Positions 44,408-56,853 of a stretch of DNA of 64,000 nt are shown piece by piece; within the stretch, counting starts at the first letter, position 1; every line of letters starts with the position of its first letter. The notes below the pieces were generated by a model. It did not search any database and was not told the origin of the DNA. It was given only the letters and a program-made list of their open reading frames with translations. The position numbers were made by a program, and so were the translations under genes. Origin of the DNA: the human T2T-CHM13v2.0 reference genome, Homo sapiens; NCBI RefSeq assembly GCF_009914755.1, contig NC_060928.1; one strand, 5' to 3'.

Positions 44408-45927
44408 TTTTTTTTATTATTATAATTGTACTTTAAGTTTTAGGGTACATGTGCACAATGTGCAGGTTAGTTACATATGTATACATGTGCCATGCTGGTG
44501 TGCTGCACCCATTAACTTGTCATTTAGCATTAGGTATATCTCCTAATGCTAACCCTCCCCCCTCCCCCCACCCCACAATAGTACCCAGAGTGTGATGTTC
44601 CCCTTCCTGTGTCCATGTGTTCTCATTGTTCAATTCCCATCTATGAGTGAGAACATGTGGTATTTGGTTTTTTGTCCTTGCGATAGTTTACTGAGAATGA
44701 TGATTTCCAATTTTATCCATGTCCCTACAAAGGACATGAACTCATCATTTTTTATGGCTGCATAGTATTCCATGGTGTATATGTGCCACATTTTCTTAAT
44801 CCAGTCTATCATTGTTGGACATTTGGGTTGGTTCCAAGTCTTTGCTATTGTGAATAGTGCCGCAATCAACATACGTGTGCATGTGTCTTTATAGCAGCAT
44901 GATTTATAGTCCTTTGGGTATATACCCAGTAATGGGATGGCTGGGTCCAATGGTATTTCTAGTTCTAGATCCCTGAGGAATCGCCACACTGACTTCCACA
45001 ATGGTTGAACTAGTTTACAGTCCCACCAACAGTGTAAAAGTGTTCCTATTTCTCCACATCCTCTCCAGCACCTGTTGTTTCCTGACTTTTTAATGATTGC
45101 CATTCTAACTGGTGTGAGATGGTATCTCATTGTGGTTTTGATTTGCATTTCTCTGATGGCCAGTGATGATGAGCATTTCTTCATGTGTCTTTTGGCTGCA
45201 TAAATGTCTTCTTTTGAGAAGTGTCTGTTCATATCCTTTGCCCACTTTTTGATGGGCTTGTTTGTTTTTTTCTTGTAAATTTGTTTGAGCTCATTGTAGA
45301 TTCTGGATATTAGCCCTTTGTCAGATGAGTAGATTGCGAAAATTTTCTCCCATTTTGTAGGTTGCCTGTTCACTCTGATGGTAGTTTCTTTTGCTGTGCA
45401 GAAGCTCTTTAGTTTAATTAGATCCCATTTGTCAATTTTGGCTTTTATTGCCATTGCTTTTGGTGTTTTAGACATGAAGTCCTTGCCCATGCCTATGTCC
45501 TGAATGGTAATGCCTAGGTTTTCTTCTAGGGTTTTTATGGTTTTAGGTCTAACATTTAAGTCTTTAATCCATCTCGAATTGATTTTTGTATAAGGTGTAA
45601 GGAAGGGATCCAGTTTCAGCTTTCTACTTATGGCTAGCCAGTTTTCCCAGCACCATTTATTAAATATGGAATCCTTTCCCCATTGCTTGTTTTTCTCAGG
45701 TTTGTCAAAGATCAGATAGTTGTAGATATGCGGCGTTATTTCTGAGGGCTCTGTTCTGTTCCATTGATCTATATCTCTGTTTTGGTACCAGTACCATGCT
45801 GTTTTGGTTACTGTAGCCTTGTAGTATAGTTTGAAGTCAGGTAGTGTGATGCCTCCAGCTTTGTTCTTTTGGCTTAGGATTGACTTGGCGATGCGGGCTG
45901 TTTTTTGGTTCCATATGAACTTTAAAG
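44408..45927 (-). mobile_element. 5'-truncated L1PA3-like LINE-1 (~1.5 kb)
   Basis: Complete 3' UTR and A-rich tail; ORF2p C-terminus with CCHC motif ([18 protein letters not shown]); perfect 14-bp TSD ggaaagctgttttt (44398-44411 / 45927-45940); TTTTT/GA endonuclease-type site. Confidence 0.95.
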
Positions 45928-45967
45928 GAAAGCTGTTTTTGACTAATGTTTGGGTGTTGCGTTGCAT
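44630..45967 (-). other. 445-aa ORF: 14 flank-derived residues plus ~431 C-terminal residues of L1 ORF2p (no EN or RT catalytic core); translation unproven
   Basis: ORF track: [14 protein letters not shown] then LKFIWNQK...HMFSLIDGN*. Confidence 0.85.
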
Positions 45968-46084
45968 CTTAAACCACGTAATTGGAGTATTTCTTGTTTT
46001 ACTTTGTGAAAACAGATTATTGTTGTCTTAGATAATACTAAGAGTTTATAGCTAATTCTGAGAAATACTTTTTTGGTAAATTAA

Positions 46085-47380
46085 TAGGCGTTTTTTAAAA
46101 AGCAGTTTCAGATTTACAGAAACAATGAACAGAAAGTACTGAGTTCCCATAAGCTATACCCCTACCCCTCAGTTTCCCACATTAGTGTAGTACACTTTGT
46201 ACAGTTAAGGAGCCAATATGATATATTATTAACCAAAGTCCATAGTTTAGAGTTCACTTTTTATATTGTACATTCTGTGGGTTTTGAAAAATGTGTAATG
46301 ACATGTAGCTCTCATTGTAGTACTATACAGAATAGTTTCACTGCCCTAAAAGTCTGTGTTCTGCGTATTCACTCCTCCCCAATCCTCAACCTCTGGCAAC
46401 CACTCATCTCTTTACTGTCTCCATAGTTTTACATTTTCTAGAATTTCATGTAGTTGGAATCATACAGTATATAGCCTTTTCAGATTGGCTTCTTTCATTT
46501 AGCAGTTTGCATTTAATGTTTCTTCATGTCTTTGTAGTTTGAAATAGCTCATTTCTTTTTAGCCTGAATAATAATACTGCATTATGTGATGTACCGTAGT
46601 TTGTTTACTCATTCACCTATTGAAGGACCTCTAGGTTGTCTCCAGTTTTAGGCAATTATGAATAAAGTTGCTTAAACATTTGTGTGCAGCTTTTGTGGGG
46701 ACAGAAGTTTTCAATTCATTTGAGTAAATACCAAGGAGAACTATTGCCTTGTCACATGCTAAGACTCTGTTTAGTTTTATAAGAAACTGCCTTACTGTCC
46801 ACCAGTGTGGGTGGATTATTTTGCATTCCCACCAGCAATGAATGAGAGTTCCTGTTGCTCCACATCCTCACCAGCATTTGGTGGTGTTAGTATGGATTTT
46901 AGCTGTTGTATATGGTTGTAGCTCATTGTTGTTTTAAATTGCAAATCCCTAATTGCATATGATATTGAGCATCTTTTCATATAATTTTTTGTCATCTATA
47001 TGTCTTGTTTGATGAGGCATCTGTTCAGATATTTTGCCCACCTTTTAATTAGGTTATTTTTCTTGTTGAGTTTTAGGAGCTCTATTTATATTTAGAATAT
47101 GTTTTTTATCAGATGTGTGTTTTGCAAATACTTTCTCCTAGTCAATGACTTGTCTTTTTCTTAACAGTGTTTCTTAGAGTAGAAGTTTTTAATTTTAATG
47201 GAGTCCAACTTACCAATTTTTTCTTTCTTTCATGCTTTTGGTGTTACATCTAACAACCTATTGCCAAACCTAAGGTCACTTAGATTTTCTTCTATGTTAT
47301 CTTATAAATTAGTATCTAGATTCATTTTTTTTTACATATGGAAGTCGGGTTGTTCAGCACAATTCGTTGAGAAGACTATC
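46085..47380 (-). mobile_element. L1MC/MD-like 3' fragment
   Basis: 'agcagtttcagatttacagaa...atacagaatagtttcactgccctaaaa...cattcccaccagcaatgaatgagagttcctgttgctcc'. Confidence 0.85.
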
Positions 47381-47559
47381 CTGAGAAGCAGTACTTTCAA
47401 CATGCAGAGAAACAGACTGGTTCTCTAAGGGAATGCTTAATTTCTGCTTGAGTTCCTCGTGTTCCCTCTGTAAACCTTTCATGAAGTTTCATAGAATAGA
47501 GAGCTGTGTCTACAGGAGGGTACAATGCGTTGCCTTTCTCCTTAGTTATGTCTGAGAGC

Positions 47560-47768
47560 ACTCCTGTCCAGCAAAACTGACTGCAATGCTGAAATGTTCC
47601 ATAATTTTACACTGTCCAGTACAGTAGCCACAAGTCATCACATGTGCCTATTGAATACTTGAAATGTAGCTAGTGTGACTGAGGAACTGAATTTTAAATT
47701 TTAATGAATTTAAATTAAAATTTAAGTAGCCCCATGTACCTTGTAGCTGTTGTATTGGACAGTCCGGC
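47560..47768. mobile_element. MER3 (hAT-Charlie)
   Basis: 'ctgtccagtacagtagccac...cttgaaatgtagctagtgtgactgaggaactgaattttaaatttt...tattggacag'. Confidence 0.8.
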
Positions 47769-47935
47769 AATAGAAAGTCAGAACAAATTTGAGAGACTAT
47801 TAAATCAGTGTCTTTATTTTTCTCCTTCAACAAATACTTGATAATACTTACTATGTACTAGGAGATGTCTGGGTCCTGAGGGTACAGATGAACTGCAAAT
47901 TGTGGTTGAGTTCACTGTGGTCCACAGAATTAAAG

Positions 47936-47977
47936 TGACTTTTTAAAGATCACAATTGACTTTTTAAAGATCACAAT
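47936..47977. repeat. Perfect 21-bp tandem duplication
   Basis: tgactttttaaagatcacaat x2. Confidence 0.95.
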
Positions 47978-48222
47978 ATCAGAGTCCAGATTAAAACCAG
48001 ATCTCCTAATTGTAATAAATAGTTTTTGCCCATGGTCTTTTCCCCAGAAAGCCCTTGGCTTGTTTTCATCATATTTCCCTCTGCTCTCAATTAGAGGGTA
48101 GCTCACAAACTACATTATTCCATTATTATTACATTATTACAATTTAGCCAAAGTACTAAATTTGAAATGAAAAACAAAGTGAAAAATGAGTGTGTGTATC
48201 CCCACTGGAAAGAATACACGTG

Positions 48223-48640
48223 TGATATAGTTTGGATGTGTGTCCCCACCCAAATATCATGTTGAATTATAATCCCCAGTATTGGATGTGGGGCCTGCAG
48301 GGAGGTGATTAGATCATGGTGGTTGATTTCTCATGAATGATTTAGTATCATCTTCTTGGTACTGTTCTCACAATAGTGAGTTCTCAGAAGATCTGGTCAT
48401 TTAAAAGTGTATGGCATCTCTCCTCCCACTGTCTCTTGATCCTGCTCTGGCCATGTGATGTGCTTGCTCTTCCTTTACCTTCCACCATGATTATAAGTTT
48501 CCTGAGGCTTCCTGAGAAGCAAGCAGATGCCAGCATCATGCTTCCTATAAAGCCTGCAGAACTTCAATTAAACCTCTTTTCTTTATAAATTACCCAGTCT
48601 CAGGTATTTCTTTATAGCAGTGCAAGAATGGTCTAAGACA
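48223..48640 (+). mobile_element. MST (MSTB-like) MaLR solo LTR
   Basis: 'tgatatagtttggatgtgtgtccccacccaaat...ataaattacccagtctcaggtatttctttatagcagtgcaagaatggtctaagaca'; TSD acgtg/atgtg. Confidence 0.9.
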
Positions 48641-50371
48641 ATGTGGTTACATTTCCCTTATACTTTTTTGTTTGTTTAGAAATGTGATGGAAAACTGGTA
48701 TTGTTTACTATCTCTAAGCCTTTTTGGAAAGATAAGAATTATTCTTTACTTTTTCCTATAGCAAGCTTTAGACTCTTTATGGAGGTAAGGGAAAACCTCA
48801 GAGGTTCTCTTTCTGTGTGGTAAACCCCATCCTTCTCTTGAAGGTGCCATATTCTGAGATCAAGGGGCATCCAGGGTACCTAGCCCAAGAAGAGAGGTGT
48901 GATCACTGAAAATGACATTAGTAACATTTACTCCTTTCACTTTCCCTTCCTATAGTACCTGAGGTGTAGCCTCTGACCTTGCATGACTTAGAAGTCTGAG
49001 GTAAAAGCATGTGGCTGACCTATTTACGTGGTCAGCATCACCATCCCGTTTTGTGACAGCCCATTAGAGCTTGGGTGGTTTCTGAGGTTCCACTGGCAGG
49101 TCCTCTGATTTCCACCTTGATACTCATCCAAATGCATTCATCTTCCCAACTTCTGGGGGCTTTGCTTTATTTTCCTTTATGTTGCTCAAGATTCAGTTGC
49201 AAAACCTTCTACGAGTGTACCCCTCATTTCACTTTCTTCTTCTCTTGCTCCAGTGATTCCTGGTACTTTAATACTCTCTTTCATATGGACACCACCAAAT
49301 AACTCCTTAGCATCCTGAATATTTAATTTCTTAACTCCCGTTTTGTTCTCTCTGCATGTCATCCTGCCTCTAAAACTTAAAAGAAGACTTGAAAAAACTT
49401 TGCTTTGTGAAATAGGGGTTTATGTAAATATGCTAATATGCAACTTGCTTTCTGATTGCTTGGAAGGAATATTGGAAGCCTGCAGGGTGTGGAAGTCTAC
49501 GGTGCATGCCATGCTCATGGTACACCTGGTGGAAGTCTTTGTAAGAGTTATGACAAGTACAAATCATTCATCTTTCAAACAAGTTTCTCACAAGAGAAGC
49601 AAACCGCTGATAACTACAGAGGAGGCTAGAGTAAGCAACCTCTTAGAAATCTTAAGAACAAGGACAACAACAGATTAGGAGAGAGGAAAATAAAAACTAG
49701 AGGACATGGATTGCCAACCAGGTAGTCCAAGTAATTACCATCCAGTCAACGAGAGATTTGGATGGCTAGAAAGCTGAAGGGCACTGCCTAACCTGGATAG
49801 TTAACATACACTTAGCTCTGACTAAATTACTCAGGTATAGCCATTCTGCTCAGTCTGTTAACCTACTCAGGTGTATATTCTACAGGATCCTTACAGTTTT
49901 GACAATAACACTTCTGTATATCCTGATGAGTTTTTCTGCATCCCAGCAAATATCCTCTCTCCCTAAGCAAGAAGGGCAGCTTCTCTATAATAACCCCCTC
50001 CCAAATTTGCTTCTATCTTAATTCACATTTTTGAATTAAGTTTCTTGTTTTATTTTTACTTTGGGTTTCATTTCTATTTCAAAGACAGGATTTTATTTGA
50101 GCATGAGTAGTAATCATAGTAAATATGTACATTTTCCTTTATTTTTATCAACTATATAATTAGGCTATATTTAACTGGAGAGGCTGACCTCTTTGCTACT
50201 TGGTGGTACATCACCACAAATGGCATCTTGCTAAAAGGAAAACTTTTAAGATTCCAGACTGAATGCCTTTATTTGCTTGCCCCACACACAGACTGATCAA
50301 AATGAAAAATGAGGTGTACCGTTTTTATCCTCGGAGCATAATGATATGAAACAATGTGCTTGTCATAATAA

Positions 50372-50640
50372 TTTTTTTTTTTTTTTGAGACAGAGTCTCA
50401 CTTTTTCACCCAGGCTGGATTGCAGTGGCGCGATCTCGGCTCGCTGCAAGGTCCGCCTCCTGAGTTCACTGCATTCTCCTGCCTCAGCCTCCCGAGTAGC
50501 TGGGACTACAGGTGCCTGCCATCACTTACACCCAGCTAATTTTTTTTTTTGTACTTTTAGTAGAGACGGGGTTTCACCGTGTTAGCCAGGATGGTCTGGA
50601 TTTCCTGACCCCGTGATCCGCCTGCCTCAGCCTCCCAAGT
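50372..50640 (-). mobile_element. AluY-like, 5'-truncated
   Basis: 'caccgtgttagccaggatggtct', 'cattctcctgcc'; perfect TSD gtcataataatttttt (50362-50377 / 50639-50654). Confidence 0.9.
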
Positions 50641-53490
50641 CATAATAATTTTTTAAAAAAGAATGTGACTATGGTAGCTATTTGGAAATGTGTTTTGGGA
50701 GTTTTTGTGTCATCTTTTCTCTTTAACTTTCTAATTATAATAGCAACTCATGTTTATTTTAGGAAATGTTATGCCTGGATAAGCAAAAGAAAAATTTAAG
50801 TCATCTATAAATCTATTATATGTTAGCATTTTGCATTATCTTTCTAGTCACATTTATATTTACACATGCAACTTGTAGAAACAGGAGAAATAGGATCATA
50901 CACATATCATTGTTTTATACCCATGAATATATAATGCACCTCTTATCATTCCCCACTAACTGTGATAGGAGCATTTCATTATTCCATTGTACCTACCCAC
51001 CATGTTGTTTTTAACATGTCTCTTATTATTGGACACTTGTTTCTCATTTTTTTTTTTTACTGTTACTGGCAATGTCTTGGTTAATAGGCTCAGAACTAAT
51101 CTTTGTTGATGTTCTTAGGAGGTTTATAGAATATATGAAATATATTTTACAATAGCCCTGGAAAGCAGTGTAATAATTTTATGTTGGTATTTTAAAGAGT
51201 CAATTTAATATGTAGAAAAATGGTATCTCACTTCTTTGAGTTTCTTTTCTCACTGGTAAGGTTAAACACTTTCTCACTTTAAATGTTAAAGTATAAGAGT
51301 TTATTTTCTTTTATTGTGAAGGTTTGAAGGCATTTGTTTAAAATTATTTAATTTTTACTGTTATGATATTATATGACCTTCTTGTCATCGCTCATGACTT
51401 TAACCTTAGGAGGTTAATCATTTGGATATAACAACTTTGTGTCATGAAAGAAAGAACAAGATTGCCAATTGTCTGGGCCATGGAAGACCTAACAGAAACT
51501 GTAGAAAGCAGAGCTTATGAGACAGAACTTTTTAATAGGTGTGTCAGGCTTTCTGGGCTTAAAAAAAAAGTCCTGTTTCTTGGATATTTTAATTCAGTCT
51601 GCATTGGGCAGAGAGAAGTACAGAGTTGCCTTTCAATATATTTTAAATTTAACAGTCTATAATTAGAAAACACTATTTGAGCTCTTATAATAAACTTTCA
51701 CTCTGAAAGTACCCATCTAAATTAGTGGGTCATTCCTCCCCACTCCTTTTCTCCCTCCCCCTCAGTCACATCTGCCATAGCCATATCCATGGACTCTGCT
51801 TCTGTAAGTTCAAACTTGTGGGTCACTGTTTCATAATATTAAATGATATTAGTGGGGCTTACTCCCTCCCCTTATAAGATTACTTCAGTGACTTCCTTAT
51901 CTTGAGAGGAACTGACATGTGATTCTTTAGGAACACAGCTTATCTTATAAAATGGGAGTTAGTCAGTGAACAAATATTTATAACCCTCAATTCTGTGCCA
52001 GAAAGACAGCAGAGAATCTGACACATGTGATCCCTTCCCTCACAGAGCTTGCAGTCTCACTGGAAAGAGACAAGTAAATCTCTACAAATAACTGACCAAA
52101 GTTACAGTTAGCAAACTGTTAAGTCAGAGAAAAAGTAGAAAGTAACGTGGAGCAAGGGAAAGGAAACCAAATGCGGTCTGGAATGGTCAAAAAAAGCTTC
52201 TCCAAGAATGCACAGGAGTTAGTTATAAATGCCATCTCTTGCTCTCCTTCCTTGCAGAATGCTACATTTAGTGTACGTGAACCGCAAGGGAATTAATCTA
52301 TTTTCTATTCTCTTTAGCAATACTCCATAGGTATGCAAATGAAAATACATTGCTATAGTTGATTAATAAGATTATTACCATTTTATCTGAAGAAAACATT
52401 GTTAAATAATTAGCCTTAAGAACAACATGCTTTGCCAGATGGAATGAAAACGGCTGATAAATCACTGGGACATCAGCTTAGTCACAGGACTGTGTAATAG
52501 CTGTGGAAATTCAACTTTATCGTGTCTTCCATGTACAATATGGGACTATCTGAAGGAAGACGGGTCGTTTTCTAGCTAAGGTTTGCACCGTATAACTAGT
52601 CTTTTAAAGAAAAGTTATCTACTGTCCAATTTACAATAAAACATGGCTTAAGCATAATAGCTTTTGTAATTCATAAAAGTTCTGTGTTTAACTGTTAGGT
52701 GGAGCCTGAGATGACTATGACTAATAGGAATATTCTTCCAAGTTGTTTAATCCCCTGAGATGATTATGGCTGTTCTTTAGCCAGACAATGGCTCTGAAGT
52801 CCATTAAACTTAAAAACAGATGCTTCTAGGGGGAGTTGCTTTTCAATGCATCAGGTTACTTAGTGTTTTTATGTGGCTATATTTTGGCCATCTCCTAATG
52901 TTGGAGAATTTGTTTCAGAGATCTGGAACTGTCTCCTCCTCAGCTCTGGTTATCAGAAGCATGGCAGAGGGAAATGGAAGTAAAAGATGGATTGGAGATT
53001 TCTGGTGCAGTTGTGAGCCGATCATCAGAGCTGTATATTTGTATCACATTGCCTTGTCTTCCTACTACAGAAATTGTAGAGAGTTATGCCTTGGGATTTA
53101 TTGAGAAACAGTGAAAAACTATCAAGTGACGTCATATGGCGGTCTTCCCTGGTCTGCAGTATTGCTCATTGCCTCTTGTGTACAGACCATATTAAAGTTA
53201 AGTGTCAAATGCTTTCTTTTTCCTCCTGAGGAACAAAATATGGTTCCCACTTGCCTTCCTCCAAACACATATGGAGATATATGCATTTTCTCTCTTTCTC
53301 TGAGTTTGGAAAATTTTTTCCCCTCTATCTACAAAGGAGTTGAGAGCCAAATATGCAGTACAGTTTTAGTCATTTTGCAAGACTTAACTAGTATGCTCTA
53401 TTTTAATCATTTAACAAATACATATAATGCTTACTATATACCAGGTGCTGTTTCTGATGTCTTTATTAGTATTAACTCCTTTGGTTCTTT

Positions 53491-54151
53491 CTTTTTTCTC
53501 CATTTATTTCTGCTTTGATGTTTATTATTTCCTTCTACTAATTTTGGATTTGTTCTTTTCTAGTTCCTTGAGGTACACCATTAGGTTATTTATTTGGAGT
53601 CTTTCTATGTTTTCGATGTAGGCATATGGTGCTATAAAATTCCCTCGGTACTGCTTTTGCTGTATCTGATAGGTTCTGGTATGTTGTGTTTCCATTTTCA
53701 TTTATTTTGAGAAATGTTTAAATTTCCTTCTTAATTTCTTTGTTGATTGTTCAGGAGCATTTTGCTTAATTTCCATACATTTGCACAGTTTCCAAAGCTC
53801 TTCTTGTTATTGATTTTTCGTTTTATTCCATTGGATTCAGAAAAGACACTTGGATATAATAGTGACTTTTTTGAATTTGTGGAGACTTGTTTTGTGGTCT
53901 AAGATATGATCTATTCTGGAGAATGTTCCATGTGCTGCTGAGAAGAATGTGTATTGTATAGCCGTTGGATGAAATGTTGTGTAAATGTCTGTTAGTAGGT
54001 CCATTTGGTCTAGAGTATAGTTTAATTCCAATGTTTTTTACTGATTTTCTGCGTGGATGATCTGTCCATTGCCAAAAGTGGGGTGTTGAAGTCCTCTACT
54101 ATTATTGTTTTGCAATCTGTCTCTCCCTTTAGATCTATTTTTGTTTTTATA
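53491..54151 (-). mobile_element. Old L1 internal ORF2 fragment (end of endonuclease domain) inside a MIR
   Basis: ORF 53837-54031 reads DIYTTFHP...YTFFSAAHGTFSRIDHIL, the L1 EN signature; MIR-like halves at ~53400-53480 and ~54165-54320. Confidence 0.85.
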
Positions 54152-55139
54152 TAACCTTTGATTCTTTTAAGGACCTTGTTAAGTTAGTACTATTTATAGA
54201 TGAGGGAACTAAGGCTCAGGGAAATTAAGTATCATGCCTGGAGCCATAATACTTAATCGTGGAGTCATGCTAAGTGTGGAGTTGGCCTTCAGAATCCTTG
54301 TTCATAAACATCAAGCTTTGCTGTCTCTGCAGTGATTTGCTACCGGGAGCAGGTAGAACAATATTCAGTCCCAGGAGATAGCATTCCCTCTTCCACTACA
54401 CCTTGTGATCAAGAAACCTTCTCTATATTTACCTGCCTCTGTGATTCTACATTAATCATCTCACAGTAGTATTTTGCTGTTGTTATATAATTTACTTTAT
54501 TCCTTTGTGAAATTATACATTCTACATATACTTTAAAATAAATCATGAACTTATAAGATACTATTTAAAATGAATGTAGTCTTAATGTAACACCATGTTA
54601 AGATATATACAGAAAGGGATTTTGGAGTAGTAAGCTTGAATTTGTTTTGCATTTCCAGTATCTACCCTTTTGCCCATTCTCCTTTTTGACAAGGGCACAC
54701 ATTTTCAGCTTGACTAGATGAAAAGTGCTAGGTTTGGCTACGTAACTGAATAAAATCTATAAGCTGACCATATTAGAAATATCATTAATACCATGCTCTA
54801 AACAATTGTAATTGTCCACAGACTTGAGTTAGAGTGCAAAAGCAACTATCTGCTTTAATTTTATTTGCGTGGAGTGAGTGGGGATGGTAGGTGGAGTCGA
54901 GAGAGGGTGATAACCGGAGAAGGGTTCCAAGTGAAACGAGAAAAACATCCTCCAAGGATAAGGTGATCTTTCCAGAGGGGTAAACATGTACCATGGGGAG
55001 TGTAGTGTACAGTATCTGAAGTGTAAAACTAAACTGCTTGTCCCTTTTAATGGGGTCTAGTAATGCTTACTGGAATATAGCATTTTGGGCCAGTTGAAGT
55101 TTATTTCATCTGTTCACAGCATTTCAGATATTCTTTTGT

Positions 55140-55685
55140 TCTTTTAATTTTACAACAGTTGCACTGAGATGTAATTCACATACCATAAAACTGGCCTTTT
55201 TAAAGTGTACAAATCAGTAGTTTTTGGTGTATTCAGAGTTGTGCCACCAACCCCACTATTTAATTCTAGAATATTTACAGCACTCCAGAAAGAAACCCTA
55301 TACCCATTAGCATTCACTTTCCATTCTCTTCTTCCCCTAGCCCTTGGCAACCACAAATCTTTCTGTCTTTATGGATTTGCCTATTCTGCACATTTCATAT
55401 AAATGGGATCATATAACATGTGGTCTTTGTGACTGGCTTCTTTCACTTAGAATAATGTTGTCAGGATTCATTCGTGCTACAGTGTGTATCACTGCCTTAT
55501 TCCTTTCCATTGCCCAATAATATTATATGGGTTTGCCACATTTTGTTTATCCATTTAATAGTTGATGGACATTTGGGTTTTTTCCACTTTGGGGCCATTA
55601 TGAATAATGCTGTTATGAATATTTGTGTACAGTTTTTGCTTGGACTGGTGTTTTCATTTTTTTGGGGGGTATATACCTAAGAGTG
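55140..55685 (-). mobile_element. L1MB-like 3' fragment
   Basis: 'gagatgtaattcacataccataaaac...aaagaaaccctatacccattagc...gttgatggacatttggg'. Confidence 0.85.
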
Positions 55686-55831
55686 ACACATTTGTTCTTG
55701 AGTTTCTTCCAAGAGTTGAGTATTTTTGATTAAGATGGGATCTCAACTAAAAATCGATTTCTGGTTGCACATGAGTGTACATCCTGCAGTTGTTAAACAG
55801 ATTTTAATGAAATTTGTTAGGTAGTTAAAAG

Positions 55832-55853
55832 ATATATATATATATATATATAT
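55832..55853. repeat. (AT)11 microsatellite
   Basis: Seen directly. Confidence 0.95.
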
Positions 55854-56189
55854 GCTACCAAATCATATACATATATGCACTATTGGGTAGTCTCAGGTTG
55901 TATTCTTTGGATATTCATATTGTGGTTCTATGAACTGCAGACCTCTGGCCAGTAGCCTATATTTTGCTTCCATCCACAAGGCAAATTTCAACTAAAAAAT
56001 CCATTGAAAGACTGCAGCAACTGTATGTATTTCAAAGGAAATCTTCCACCATTTAGTAGAAGGTGACAGATTATGCACAGCACATCAACCTAAGTTTCTG
56101 TGACACTTAGTTTGCCCTTTATGTACATAGTCCTTCTACTGTCCTATAAAGCCCTCTGCACTCCTCTTCCCTTCTCTATGCCTAGTTCA

Positions 56190-56572
56190 CAATACTCCCG
56201 CCGTGCTTTCCATTCTTTTTAAACCTTCCTGGCTCATTCTTGCCTCAGGGCCTTTGGGCCAGCCCAGCCGTTCCCTCTGCCTGGCTTACTCTTCTTTTGT
56301 AGCTGCCCCACCCCCCCCATCCCCAACCCTTATTAAGTCTTAAATATCCCCTTAGAAAGGCTTCCCTGACACCACTTGCTCTACATCGACCACATCAGCC
56401 TTGCCCTGACTCTGACTGACTTTTTTGAGTGACATTGACTGGTCTTCTTGTTTATCTGTGTGTTCCTGTGTTAGAACGCGAACATCAGGAGGCAAGGGAA
56501 TCTGCCTGCCTGCCCTGCTCCAACTTTAAATAGGGGCTGGCAGGTGTTAAATATTAGTGGAGTGAATGGCTG
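56190..56572 (+). mobile_element. L2 3' fragment
   Basis: 'ctcattcttgcctcagggcctttg...aggcttccctgacacc...aaatattagtggagtgaatg'. Confidence 0.65.
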
Positions 56573-56771
56573 AGTTGCTTTTCTTGACCTGAAGTGTCAG
56601 TACCTGTTATAGCCAGTGTTTTCCTGGCAACTCTCCTAGAGGGCCAGTATTGGAGAGCTCTAGGAGGGTAGCATCAGAGGGCTCTTCATTCCACCTCCAC
56701 CCCCAGAAAACTAGCAAAACATAGCAACAAAGCCTCATTCTTATTTAATCTCTGACTTTTTCTTCCCCTAG

Positions 56772-56853
56772 AGCTGCATCCTGTGGCCCTATAACACTCT
56801 TCTCCAAAAGGACCTGCCAGAGACTGGGAGTGTTGACTGCTGCAAGGACCAAG
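56772..56853 (+). other. SGMS2: 82-nt non-coding (5' UTR) exon 2
   Basis: Branch-like ctgac, pyrimidine tract tttttcttcccctag|AGCTGC..., donor AAG|gtggga; no ATG. Size and spacing match my memory of SGMS2. Confidence 0.75.
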
